Positions 22,027 through 31,510 of a DNA stretch of 64,000 nt are shown here, one piece after another (position 1 is the first letter of the stretch; every line of letters starts with the position of its first letter). Below the pieces are notes generated by a model that was given only the letters and a program-made list of their open reading frames with translations, did not search any database and had not been told where the DNA came from. Made by a program: the position numbers and the translations under genes. Location of the stretch: positions 1-64,000 of the IMG/VR virus record IMGVR_UViG_3300024999_000029, one strand, 5' to 3'.

Positions 22027-22726
22027 ATAACCCTTTCTCCTCTCTATCACTAAATTTAAATGTCCACCCTTTATGTTGTTTTCTTTTACCTTTTAAACAA
22101 TCAGATACATTAGAATTAATTAAGTCATTTTGCCTACAAAATTCTCTAACATTTGTAAATGTAAAACTTTCATTACTTGGAGATATGGCGATTATTTCTT
22201 TTAATTTATTGGTAAAATTACAATTTATATAGTTTGTAACCCATATACATGTATCTTTACTATAAACTTTGTTATTACTACCCATTTGTTTGATATCTTT
22301 ATCTAGTTGTAATAGATGTTCATTAAAGAGTTTTTCATTATATTCTTCTATTTGTTTTATATCTTTAATAAAATTCTCAAAACATAACCACTCTTGACAA
22401 ACAGTTACTCCTTTTTCGCCATATCTTTCATAAGTTGGATGGATTTTATTGTAACATCTTGTAAGCATTGATTTCCAAATAGAATATTCATGAGGATAAT
22501 CTTTTTTATTATGACATCCTAGATAACCCACTCCTACTACTGTGGGATAATTTTTATCAACAATATGCCCTTTATTTATTTGAGTAGAATTTGCATACGC
22601 TTTATATTTTGTTTTTATAAATTCTACTTCATAAATAAGATTCCTGTTTTTATCTTTATCTATTATTTGTAACACAATAAATTCTCCACTTCTATTGCTT
22701 GAATATACTTTTCCAACTTCAACCAT
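22016..22726 (-). CDS. Free-standing HNH-like homing endonuclease with NUMOD1-like tail
   Basis: YSIWKSMLTRCY, YERYGEKGVTVCQEWLCFENF, QLDKDI, YSKDTCIWV..N, CLKGKRKQHKGWTF. Confidence 0.8.
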   Translation of the reverse strand: MVEVGKVYSSNRSGEFIVLQIIDKDKNRNLIYEVEFIKTKYKAYANSTQINKGHIVDKNYPTVVGVGYLGCHNKKDYPHEYSIWKSMLTRCYNKIHPTYERYGEKGVTVCQEWLCFENFIKDIKQIEEYNEKLFNEHLLQLDKDIKQMGSNNKVYSKDTCIWVTNYINCNFTNKLKEIIAISPSNESFTFTNVREFCRQNDLINSNVSDCLKGKRKQHKGWTFKFSDREEKGLYED

Positions 22727-23804
22727 TATAAAAATTCCTCTCTATTCTATTACATAATGTAATCTCATTTACAAATGGGCATCCTCCACCACAACTATTT
22801 CTATCTACACATTTTTTGCATGAATATCTCAAACTATTTCTAAATCCTTCAAAAATACCGCTATTCCATGCTTCTTTAATCGTATATTTATTTAAGTCTA
22901 CAAGCCATTTGCTATCTTGATTACCAAAAGAACAAGGCATCATATTCATTTGTGCATCTATGTAGGCTGAATATCTCGCTCCTTCACAAAAATCCATGCT
23001 ATCCCTATTAATTTTTTCTGTGAAATTAATAATTCCACTACAAGAGCAGCTATCAAAACCAATTTTAAAGTCTACATTATTATCATCTATGAGTCTAAAA
23101 AATTCTTTTACTCGCTCATCTCCTACTTTTAATACATTTTCTTGACTTCCTAGCCCAACAGGCTTATGCATTAGGAATATAACTGCATTAATGCCTTTGT
23201 CAAAACTATTATTTCTTAATTTATTTATTGCTTCGTTTATTGTATTACTTCCTAGCACATAATGAATATTGACCTTCATCCCAGAATCTATAAACATTTT
23301 GATTGCTTTTCTTGTGTACTCACTACGATATTCACTTACAGCCACAGCCCCACAATATTGTTTAGTGATTCTTACTTCTTCATCAGTTAACCCCAATCCA
23401 GAAGTAGTATAATTAGGAATAATATTATTTTCTCTGCAATATTTTACGAACTCTTCAAATTGTTCATGCTTATTAACATCTCCTCTACCACCGAGAGCCA
23501 CCTGAAATGAATGTCCTTTTAATTGGTTAATGATAGTTTTGAAATTTTCTAATGTCATATTGGGTTTTTGAATATGTAATCCATCTTGATAGCACTCAAT
23601 ACCACTTTTAACACACAATCCTGATAATCCATGTATACACGTTGACATGATTCCAATATCCACTAATTCAGGCAGATAGCTCATAAAAGGATCAATTCCA
23701 GTATCCTCACCTTTTTCATTTATGACACCAGACCTCATATAGAATCCAGTTTTCGGATTAAACATTGATATAAATTTATTTTTCTTATCAATTTTTTTAA
23801 TCAT
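22719..23804 (-). CDS. Radical SAM protein with SPASM domain
   Basis: C-x7-C-x6-C-YQ cluster motif, VALGGRGD, TTSG, C-terminal CEGA...PCSF...CKKC-x5-CGGGCP. Confidence 0.85.
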   Translation of the reverse strand: MIKKIDKKNKFISMFNPKTGFYMRSGVINEKGEDTGIDPFMSYLPELVDIGIMSTCIHGLSGLCVKSGIECYQDGLHIQKPNMTLENFKTIINQLKGHSFQVALGGRGDVNKHEQFEEFVKYCRENNIIPNYTTSGLGLTDEEVRITKQYCGAVAVSEYRSEYTRKAIKMFIDSGMKVNIHYVLGSNTINEAINKLRNNSFDKGINAVIFLMHKPVGLGSQENVLKVGDERVKEFFRLIDDNNVDFKIGFDSCSCSGIINFTEKINRDSMDFCEGARYSAYIDAQMNMMPCSFGNQDSKWLVDLNKYTIKEAWNSGIFEGFRNSLRYSCKKCVDRNSCGGGCPFVNEITLCNRIERNFYNG

Positions 23805-24080
23805 TTATATCTCCTCTTTTTTATATTTTTGATAAAAAGCACATTTGATTTAATTTAATTAGTATATTCATAATGAGAAACATCACAATATCCATGTATT
23901 AGTATTTCATTAAAACTCTTATCTGCATTTTCTGGCGTGATCATATGTGCGGTATATACTCCATTACTTGTTGTAAATAATAATAATTTGCTTCCTTTGG
24001 GATGCGTAACTTTTATACAAGAATAAATTTGTTCGTTAAACTTAACTCTCATATCCTCTCCTTTCTATCAAATACATGTT

Positions 24081-24491
24081 TTAAATTATATTGTTAATCT
24101 TACCTTCCACGCTAAAACAATTTCTATCATGCTCGTTTGGAGAAATTGTACAATTATCTAAGTTCATATGTATTGGAACTTGAATTTCCTTATATCCATA
24201 TCTCTTTGACCATTTTTTATTTATTCTTTTAGATTTGTGTTTTTTAGCCTGAACCATAACTACTCTTGTTCCGTTAGCTTCAATATTATAACCTCTTTGA
24301 TTATTTCCAAGTAATTTTTCTAGATCTTCGGGAGAGAATCTGCAACTTCCCATAGTCATTGTAAAACTTGGTTTCCAATCAACAGACATATTCGTTTCAA
24401 TTGATGGATTGATAACTTCAACAGATTCCAATACCTTTTCTCCTGTTGCTAGATTTATTAAACTAAGAGTGCCGTTTTTAATTCCAAACAA
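24081..24491 (-). CDS. Hypothetical protein
   Basis: Flanked by boundary sites 24066 and 24508. Confidence 0.6.
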   Translation of the reverse strand: MFGIKNGTLSLINLATGEKVLESVEVINPSIETNMSVDWKPSFTMTMGSCRFSPEDLEKLLGNNQRGYNIEANGTRVVMVQAKKHKSKRINKKWSKRYGYKEIQVPIHMNLDNCTISPNEHDRNCFSVEGKINNII

Positions 24492-24531
24492 TTTTTATTC
24501 TCCTTTCCGTAAAAGAGTTATTTTAAAGCAA

Positions 24532-24768
24532 TTATTCTTGTGGCATTTCATAAATTACAACTAACTGACAGTAATCAGCGGGGCATATGTCTGACAATGT
24601 TTCTTGTATTTCATCTACTACTTCTAATGCTCTTTTTTCTGTCTTATATTCACCAAGCAATATGGAAAATTCTCCATCTTTAAGTGTTCCTATTTTAAGA
24701 CCATTATCGGTAATAGCTACCGAATTTACATTTAGTAAAGCCTTTCTGTTTTTAGTTCTTATCCACAT
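24532..24768 (-). CDS. Hypothetical phage protein (MWIR... type)
   Basis: RBS GGAGGAG; flanked by boundary sites. Confidence 0.6.
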   Translation of the reverse strand: MWIRTKNRKALLNVNSVAITDNGLKIGTLKDGEFSILLGEYKTEKRALEVVDEIQETLSDICPADYCQLVVIYEMPQE

Positions 24769-27562
24769 TATTGCTCCTCCTTCCGTAAATGACGATTTTA
24801 TCTAAGTTCAAAACAATAATAATCACATATAATTTTTATATTTTCACTGATTGCTTCTGTTTCATCATAACAATCAATTGACCAATGAATATCAGAGCAA
24901 AATTCTTTTAAGTCCTCAAACATATATTCATAAGCAAATAATATTTCTTTAACATCAAAGTCAGCCAATAGCTCTTTATATGATTGAGTTATTCCCATTA
25001 GTGATTTAATAGCATCAATAATTTGTCTTTCATCGGTGACAGACATATTTTCTGTGTCTATTTTGAAATTACTATAATCTTCATAATTTCGGAACATTAA
25101 AACTCTCATAATACATCCTTTCTAAGTCAAATAGCTTTTCACTGAACTTCAATTTCCTCAATAGATAAACTAGCAACATCAGATCTAAGTGCTTCATTTT
25201 CGATATAACTCAAAGCCTTTTCTAAACTATCATAAATTGCAAGTATTTGACCATATTCCCAAACTAAATAAACTTTCAAGGCGAATTCTCCTTATAAAAT
25301 ATGCGTTTCATCGTGTTTCTTAAATTTGTAACCCTTGTGGCTGTAGGGCTGTAGCATTAGCCATCTTTTATATTTTCACTATATTAACAATTTGTGTAGC
25401 ATAATATTTATATTTTAAGTTTGTACCCTCATTCAATCTTTCTACTAGAGATTCTTGGATTTTTTCAATTAAATCGCTGGTTATTTCTTCATCTATATAG
25501 ATGATCGTATTAAACAAATCTGGATTCTCATCACCATACGCTGCATAGGCTATAAAATATTTCTGTTCCATACCTACTCCTTTCAATGATATCTCTAATT
25601 TATTGTAATTTTTACCGCACATTGGACAAAAGTTAATTTTAATATCTGATAATTCTAACTCATCGTCGGCAATTAAATTACCATTTCCATCAATATAAAC
25701 ACCTTCACTGCCGTTGCCCATTAAATAATCTCTTGAATCTACATCTACGCTACAATATACACATATATCTTCCATAAAATATCTCCTTTCCATAAAATGC
25801 AAGTTTCAAAGTATTAAATCATCAATAACTCCGCCAGTAAGCTCAAATCTATCGCAATTATTTAAGTTGGAGCAGCATATTTTATACATAAGATCATCTT
25901 CCAAACTACTTTTTGCATGTTTGCATCTAAAACTAGGGTATACTGGACAAGGCAATTCTTCAAAAACTAGTTTCACTGGCTTGCTATCTGAAGGTTCATA
26001 TATAATGTAAGTCATATTTTCATCCATTAACAAACCTAAATCCTTGTCTTTCATATCTCTCTCCTTCCAATAAATCACAATTTTTATATAATTATTTGCC
26101 TACCATTTGTGATAATTGTTGTAATATATTTTGTATAGCAAAGTATTGCGGGTTCACAAAAGCAGTTATTGTATCTTGAAGATTGATTAAAATTACTACT
26201 GTTGGAGCTATTACCCCTATAAATGGAAGCAAACAAATTATCAGATACTCTGGATCACCCTCTCCTTCTTTCCATACCTTTATAGTTAATTTCCAAGATA
26301 TAATGGCAACAATTACTCCAAAAACCATCAATAATATATTTGTAATTCCGACAACATAAGATTGTTTCACAAACAATGGATATAAATTATCAACCGTAGT
26401 TCCTAACTTTATCGCAAGTTCTTTTAACATTTCTAAAAATTTATCCATTTCTTTCTCCCTTATCTTATTATATTTTTAATTATTAACATTTCTTTATCTT
26501 CAAATTCCACAATAACTTGATGTTCGCACTCATCACATTCATGTAAATCTTCTGAAAACTTACCTTTATACGGGCAATACTGCTTCCAATTCTTCTTTGT
26601 CATAACTATTTCGCATAAATGACTGTGTGGTATGTATTCCATTACAAGCACCTCTCAATAAAACCAATTTTTTAACGTAAATTTTCTATCTCAAATCTCT
26701 TTAGTTCTTCTAGCAGTTCATTATCTTCAAAATAAAATGGGTCTCTTTCTAACCCGCCTAACCAATTATTAATAAATTGTCCAAATCTCCAGTCAGGTAC
26801 TTTTCTCCAAACTCTTTCAATTTCACCCAAGAATGGCATTATTCTATTTGGATCTCTCACAAAATTACCTCCAATCATTTTATATTTTAGATTATAGGCT
26901 ATATATAAACTCATTACAAGTCATTTTTAAAAGAATGGGGGTAAATTATTACCCCAAAATAATCAAATTTTACGAATGCCCTAATTGCTCCCAATAATCA
27001 GCGTCTATTTTTTCTTTCTGTTGAATACTAAAGCCTTTGATATCATTGAAATTGAATACTATAACCATATAGCCATTGACTTCTTCTAAAGCTTTTTTAT
27101 TTGCAGATAATAGAACGCATAAAGCTTCCACCGCATCATCAATTTGCTGAGTGTTAACTAACAAAGAACAATTCGTTCTAAACATTTTTTAACCTCCTTT
27201 TAATTAAACGTCATTTCAATATGGCAGTGGTTATCACTAAGCGAAGACACTAAAATAGTTGAATTTCCAAACTTTATTCGCTTGCAATCTCCGTTAATAA
27301 CCTCTACTTTCTTTAATTCATCAATTGTCCCCACAATTTTGATTAATTGTCTGGCTAATTTTCTTTCAACAACATCTTTTTCAATCATTCCATCACCTCC
27401 TCGAAGTTAATAAACTCCAATTATTTTAAACGACTCACTTAAAGTGTATTTTATATTCAAAGGCTTTCGCCTGTTGCTTTTATTGTGACCAGTATGATCC
27501 TCTTAGCCTTTTCATTGTTGAAATGTAATTTTCTATGTATTTTTTGTAATTATAAGGCTCTT

Positions 27563-27720
27563 TCGATGGATTTATGTATACTGTGAACTACCACCACCTT
27601 AGAGGTGGATGGCTTCCTGCTCAATAATGCTAATGCACTAAGTATCAACAGGCTATCCCCGTAATCCCTACGGGTTTTTATATATTTACGCTACTAAACT
27701 TAATATCCTAATTCCTTCTT
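27563..27720 (-). ncRNA. TnpB omegaRNA/reRNA scaffold plus guide (approximate limits)
   Basis: Hairpin CCCGTA-GGGAT-TACGGG, right-end hairpin, TTCAC boundary; guide inferred as AGTATACATAAATCCATCGA. Confidence 0.65.
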
Positions 27721-28804
27721 CTCGTATATTCTTAGCTGCATTGTAATCTCTGTCTATAATAATCCCACATGATTTACATATCCACTCTCTATCAGATAAT
27801 TGCAATTCGTGATTTATTTCTCCGCAATCATTGCATGTTTTGCTAGAAGGATACCATTTATCAACCTTAACTAAATATTTACCTTCGTTCTCTAATTTAT
27901 ATTTAAGCATTGTGGTGAACATGCCCCATCCATTATCTGCAACACTCTTACCTAAATTCAAACACTGACTCATTGCTCTCATATTCAAATCTTCAATTAC
28001 AATTACATTATACTGATTAACTAATTCTCTTGATTTCTTATGAAGAAAATCTTTCCTACAATTAGCAACCTTTTCATGTAACTTAGCAACTTTAATTCTT
28101 TGTTTATTTCGGTTATTACTTCCTTTTTGCATTTTAGATAATTTGCGTTGTTCTTTTGCTAGTTGTTCTAATGTTTGACGATAGAATATTGGATATTCTG
28201 CCCTTATACCTTGATTGTCAGTATAAAGATTCTTCATATCCATATCTAATCCTATAACATTGTTTTTCTCTTTAGGTTGAACATACTGCTCAAATTCAAC
28301 TAATATACTTATATAATATTTTCCAGAAGGTGTTTTAGATATTGAACAAGACTTAATTTCTTGATTACTTGGAATTTCTCTATGTTGTACAATGTTGACC
28401 CAGCCAAGTTTAGGTAGTTTGACTTTCTTATTTTTAATTCTGATGTTTCCACCTTGATTATTTGTAGTATAAGAGTTTCTATCTTTATGCTTACTTTTGA
28501 ATTTAGGAAAGCCAACATTTTTGCATCTAAAGAAATTGACGTATGCTGTTTGTAAATTCATTTGGGCATTAGCTAGAGCCAAACTATCCACTTCTTTAAG
28601 CCATTCAAATTCTGCCTTATATTTAGCAGGAGTAGGATTCTTGTGTTTTTTTAATTCTTCTTTATTATCTTTATATTGTTCATATATATCTTTACGCTCT
28701 GCTAACATTTTATTATATACAAATCTAACACATCCAAAAGTTTTGCTAAATAATATTTCTTGTTCTTCATTAGGATATAGCCTAAATTTATAAGCTTTGT
28801 TCAT
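27686..28804 (-). CDS. tnpB: TnpB RNA-guided endonuclease
   Basis: MNKAYKFRLYP HTH start; RuvC residues IGLD, VIED, DRDYNAA intact; CNDC/CKSC Zn ribbon. Confidence 0.95.
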   Translation of the reverse strand: MNKAYKFRLYPNEEQEILFSKTFGCVRFVYNKMLAERKDIYEQYKDNKEELKKHKNPTPAKYKAEFEWLKEVDSLALANAQMNLQTAYVNFFRCKNVGFPKFKSKHKDRNSYTTNNQGGNIRIKNKKVKLPKLGWVNIVQHREIPSNQEIKSCSISKTPSGKYYISILVEFEQYVQPKEKNNVIGLDMDMKNLYTDNQGIRAEYPIFYRQTLEQLAKEQRKLSKMQKGSNNRNKQRIKVAKLHEKVANCRKDFLHKKSRELVNQYNVIVIEDLNMRAMSQCLNLGKSVADNGWGMFTTMLKYKLENEGKYLVKVDKWYPSSKTCNDCGEINHELQLSDREWICKSCGIIIDRDYNAAKNIREEGIRILSLVA

Positions 28805-29016
28805 ATCTTTTCACCTCCTTGATTTTCAATATATTTTTTAATTACATCAATAGGTACACCACCTGTAGTTATCAAACAAAAACTTCTTGACCAAAAATAC
28901 TCTTTCCATAATTGCTTTCTTATTTGAGGGTATTCCTTCTTAATTAATCTACTACTTGCACTTTTATAAGTATTAATAAATTTCGATATTTCAGTATTTG
29001 GATGTGCTTTGAACAA
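28801..29016 (-). pseudogene. tnpA: C-terminal fragment of Y1 transposase TnpA
   Basis: FKAHP..ISKFINTYKSASSR..FWSRSF..TTGG..VIKKYIENQ; the HUH motif and N-half are missing. Confidence 0.85.
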
Positions 29017-29966
29017 TCTAGTTTAGGTTAAACGGACTTTCACTCCATATTTCTTCAAATTTTCTTTTCATTTTTAACCTCACTATTTTATATTTTAGTT
29101 TATTGGATTATTTGTAAAATTTGATTTACTGCATCCTCTACGTTAATATTTCTTAGCTGTGCTTTTTTCTTCTGGATTTTTAAAGCTTTTACTCCACCGT
29201 CAGCATAGGAAGCATTAATGCTATTATTTTTCTTTAGTTTTTTAAGCCAATTTGGTTTATAAGTTAGTCTTCTACTCATATATTTTCTCCAATATTACTT
29301 TAAAATTCTTCTTTGAACTAAACTGATAAATCTACATTTAAACACTTTAATTTTCTCTGAAGTTCAACAATAACAGACTCTACGTCTTTTATGCTTTCTG
29401 GATTAATAGATACATTTATAGTTATGTTTGCTGATTCTTTCTTATTAAAATAACCACTATCTTCCGCAACTACAATCATATCATTTAAATAATCTCTTAT
29501 TTTAACAGCATTTTCTATTGAAAAAATTGTATTACAACCATCTGTTGATGAATTCATTAAGTAAAAACTACGTCCTTCACTAAGATTGTTGATATATGCC
29601 TCTTTGCTTTTAAAATTACAAGTCAATTCATATTTTTTATTATTTATTTCAATAAATGCACCGCTATCTTCTTTCCACATAATAATCTCCTTTGTGTTTT
29701 ATTTTTGTTTCAAACTGCTATTTTATGGTAATTTCATATCCTTTGTTCTACGCTTTAAATTTCTTAGTGACAAAGAATCAAATTTGTCACAATCCATTCT
29801 GGAGTTTCGTGTTGATTCCCAAAAAAACTCGAAGGAAGGTGTAGTCTTAACTGAATCCTATCTGCATTTCAGACTAAGTTACTTTACTAGCTTTGTCATC
29901 TGCCCTAATGGGTTGCGTTTAAAGTGTAGAGTAAAAGATATGAAATTTCATTAAAATATTGTTTTG

Positions 29967-30103
29967 ATTGTAATTCCCTCCCCTTACAACCATGATTGGT
30001 TAGCAGAGTTGCGAAACCAATCATTCCCTCGTCTAACTTAGTTAACATACTCGGACTCTGCTGTACCTAGTTAACATCATTAGACATGCCGTTTTACTAC
30101 AAT
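29967..30103 (-). ncRNA. Candidate structured RNA with kissing-loop
   Basis: 10-bp hairpin 29992-30024 and multi-helix hairpin 30031-30085; their loops carry complementary AGCAGAGT/ACTCTGCT; G-U pairs favour the minus strand. Confidence 0.55.
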
Positions 30104-30123
30104 ATCATTGTTTTATTAAATTC

Positions 30124-30205
30124 TGGGGTGGGAAGGATTTGAACCTTCCTCAACGTAAAAAGCTTTTTACGTTTCGTACGCTGACCTACCGACAAGGACA
30201 CCCCA
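30124..30205 (-). ncRNA. tRNA-like RNA, 82 nt, no valid anticodon arm
   Basis: Acceptor TGGGGTG/CACCCCA, T-arm GGAAGG-TTCAAAT-CCTTCC, 22-bp perfect palindrome in place of the anticodon/variable arm. Confidence 0.65.
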
Positions 30206-30228
30206 TAAAACTCATCGTTTAAATTAAT

Positions 30229-30341
30229 TATGCGGGTAAGAAATTTCATCTTACATGACTAACATCTTCGTCTAGTTACACAACCACACAGGCTGCACAA
30301 AGTTCGTCAAGCTCCATAGCGTCTTATTCCGCCACCGCATA
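30229..30341 (-). ncRNA. tRNA-like RNA, 113 nt
   Basis: Acceptor TATGCGG/CCGCATA, U8, D-arm GCG-GAATAAGA-CGC, T-like arm GTAAGA-TGAAATT-TCTTAC, ~63-nt insert. Confidence 0.65.
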
Positions 30342-30359
30342 AAACTATTATTTTATATT

Positions 30360-30803
30360 CTATTTCTTATTGCCTACTTTACAAACCCCACTAAGATGAT
30401 CTACTTCATGACATATTATTCTAGCTTGCAATCCTTCGGCTTCTATTTCAGTTTCTTCACCATTCGGAAGATTAAATTTTACTTTAATGATTTCTGGTCT
30501 TTTTATTTTTCTATTTAATTTTGGATAACTTAAACATCCTTCAAATCCTTCAATTGAGCCTTCTCTATATATAATTATTGGATTTATTAAAGGTAGAATC
30601 GTTTCTGATTTTATATCAGTCACAATAATTACTCTTTTAGTTACTCCAATTTGAGGTGCAGCAAGACCAATCCCATCATTTTTCTTCATTGTATCTTCCA
30701 TGTCTTGAATTATGACTAACAATTCTTCATTATATTCGGTTATATCTTCACATTTTTGCTTTAATATTGGATTGTTAAACATACACAATGGTCGTACTGA
30801 CAT
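30360..30803 (-). CDS. def: Peptide deformylase (short C-terminus)
   Basis: GIGLAAPQIG, EGCLS, HEVDH motifs. Confidence 0.95.
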   Translation of the reverse strand: MSVRPLCMFNNPILKQKCEDITEYNEELLVIIQDMEDTMKKNDGIGLAAPQIGVTKRVIIVTDIKSETILPLINPIIIYREGSIEGFEGCLSYPKLNRKIKRPEIIKVKFNLPNGEETEIEAEGLQARIICHEVDHLSGVCKVGNKK

Positions 30804-31074
30804 GATATTTTCTCCTTTGCATGAAACCTGTCATTTATTTGCATTTCTTATACTACTTCAAAACAATTTATCATTAAATAATCTTCATATCCAAAAGGCA
30901 TTCCACATAATTGATATCTTCCTTCTTTATTAATTCCCATGAACATATATTGAACGCTTTTTCCTTCTCTTTTTTTATAAACCATTGTTTTTCGAGGCTC
31001 TAATTTATTCAATTGGTCTCTTGTCATAGTTATTTCCTTTCATAGTTACCTTAAAATCTGCCCTTTAATCAAAC

Positions 31075-31470
31075 TTATTTTTTAATATTTGCTAAGTCTA
31101 TATCTATATTTTGTTTTATACTATTTGGTGGAATGTGAAATTTCCAATCATAAATATCTGCTAATTTAGTTTCATTGCATATTGATACCGCATATGGCTT
31201 TTCTATATTGACATCTTCATAAAAAAATATGTTTTTATATGGTAATTTAATAAGGGATGTCGCTCCAGTGCTGTCTCTTACATAAGCATAATAGTATATT
31301 TCTTCTTTTATTGTTGCTGACCAAATAAAGAATATACCTCCAGCAGAGGCTCCAATATTTGAATTATTTTCAAGAGCTATTAAATCATATCTGTTTTCAG
31401 TCGGCGACTCACATCCAAGTAGTTGTGTAGATAATATTATTATAAGTATTAATATCATTAATTTTTTCAT
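31075..31470 (-). CDS. Putative lipoprotein
   Basis: MKK-hydrophobic-LLGC lipobox. Confidence 0.65.
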   Translation of the reverse strand: MKKLMILILIIILSTQLLGCESPTENRYDLIALENNSNIGASAGGIFFIWSATIKEEIYYYAYVRDSTGATSLIKLPYKNIFFYEDVNIEKPYAVSICNETKLADIYDWKFHIPPNSIKQNIDIDLANIKK

Positions 31471-31510
31471 AATTTCTCCTTTTCTATAAATTAAGCATTT
31501 CGTGGGAATT

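Larger units (their letters stand above)
27583..29027 (-). mobile_element. IS200/IS605-family element with tnpB and 5'-truncated tnpA
   Basis: Inserted 3' of TTTAA (29032-29028); right end with subterminal hairpin CCATCCACC-TCTAA-GGTGGTGG (27591-27612) ending TTCAC; excision restores an in-frame 48-aa ORF. Confidence 0.85.
27480..29071 (-). pseudogene. 48-aa ORF interrupted by the IS element
   Basis: Joining 29071-29028 to 27582-27480 gives MKRKFEEIWSESPFKVYINPSKEPYNYKKYIENYISTMKRLRGSYWSQ*; RBS GTGAGG. Confidence 0.65.

Noticed and set aside
21637-22050. Track start MIERRKGY for the first TNSSS gene (likewise MGGIL for RecD2 and MEVCH for SASP)
   Set aside because: RBS position and paralogue alignment favour the downstream ATGs at 22026, 7085 and 57605
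27583-29027. IStron (group I intron-IS605 chimera)
   Set aside because: Only 11 nt precede the tnpA fragment and the element ends in C (TTCAC), not the terminal G that splicing needs
29780-29940. Possible additional structured RNA (GCAGAT twice, short hairpins)
   Set aside because: Stems are short and mutually inconsistent; not distinguishable from background by eye
31470-31510. Theta/HDV-like ribozyme after tRNA-Cys
   Set aside because: The 3' flank is short, AT-rich and occupied by a boundary palindrome and an RBS; no nested pseudoknot
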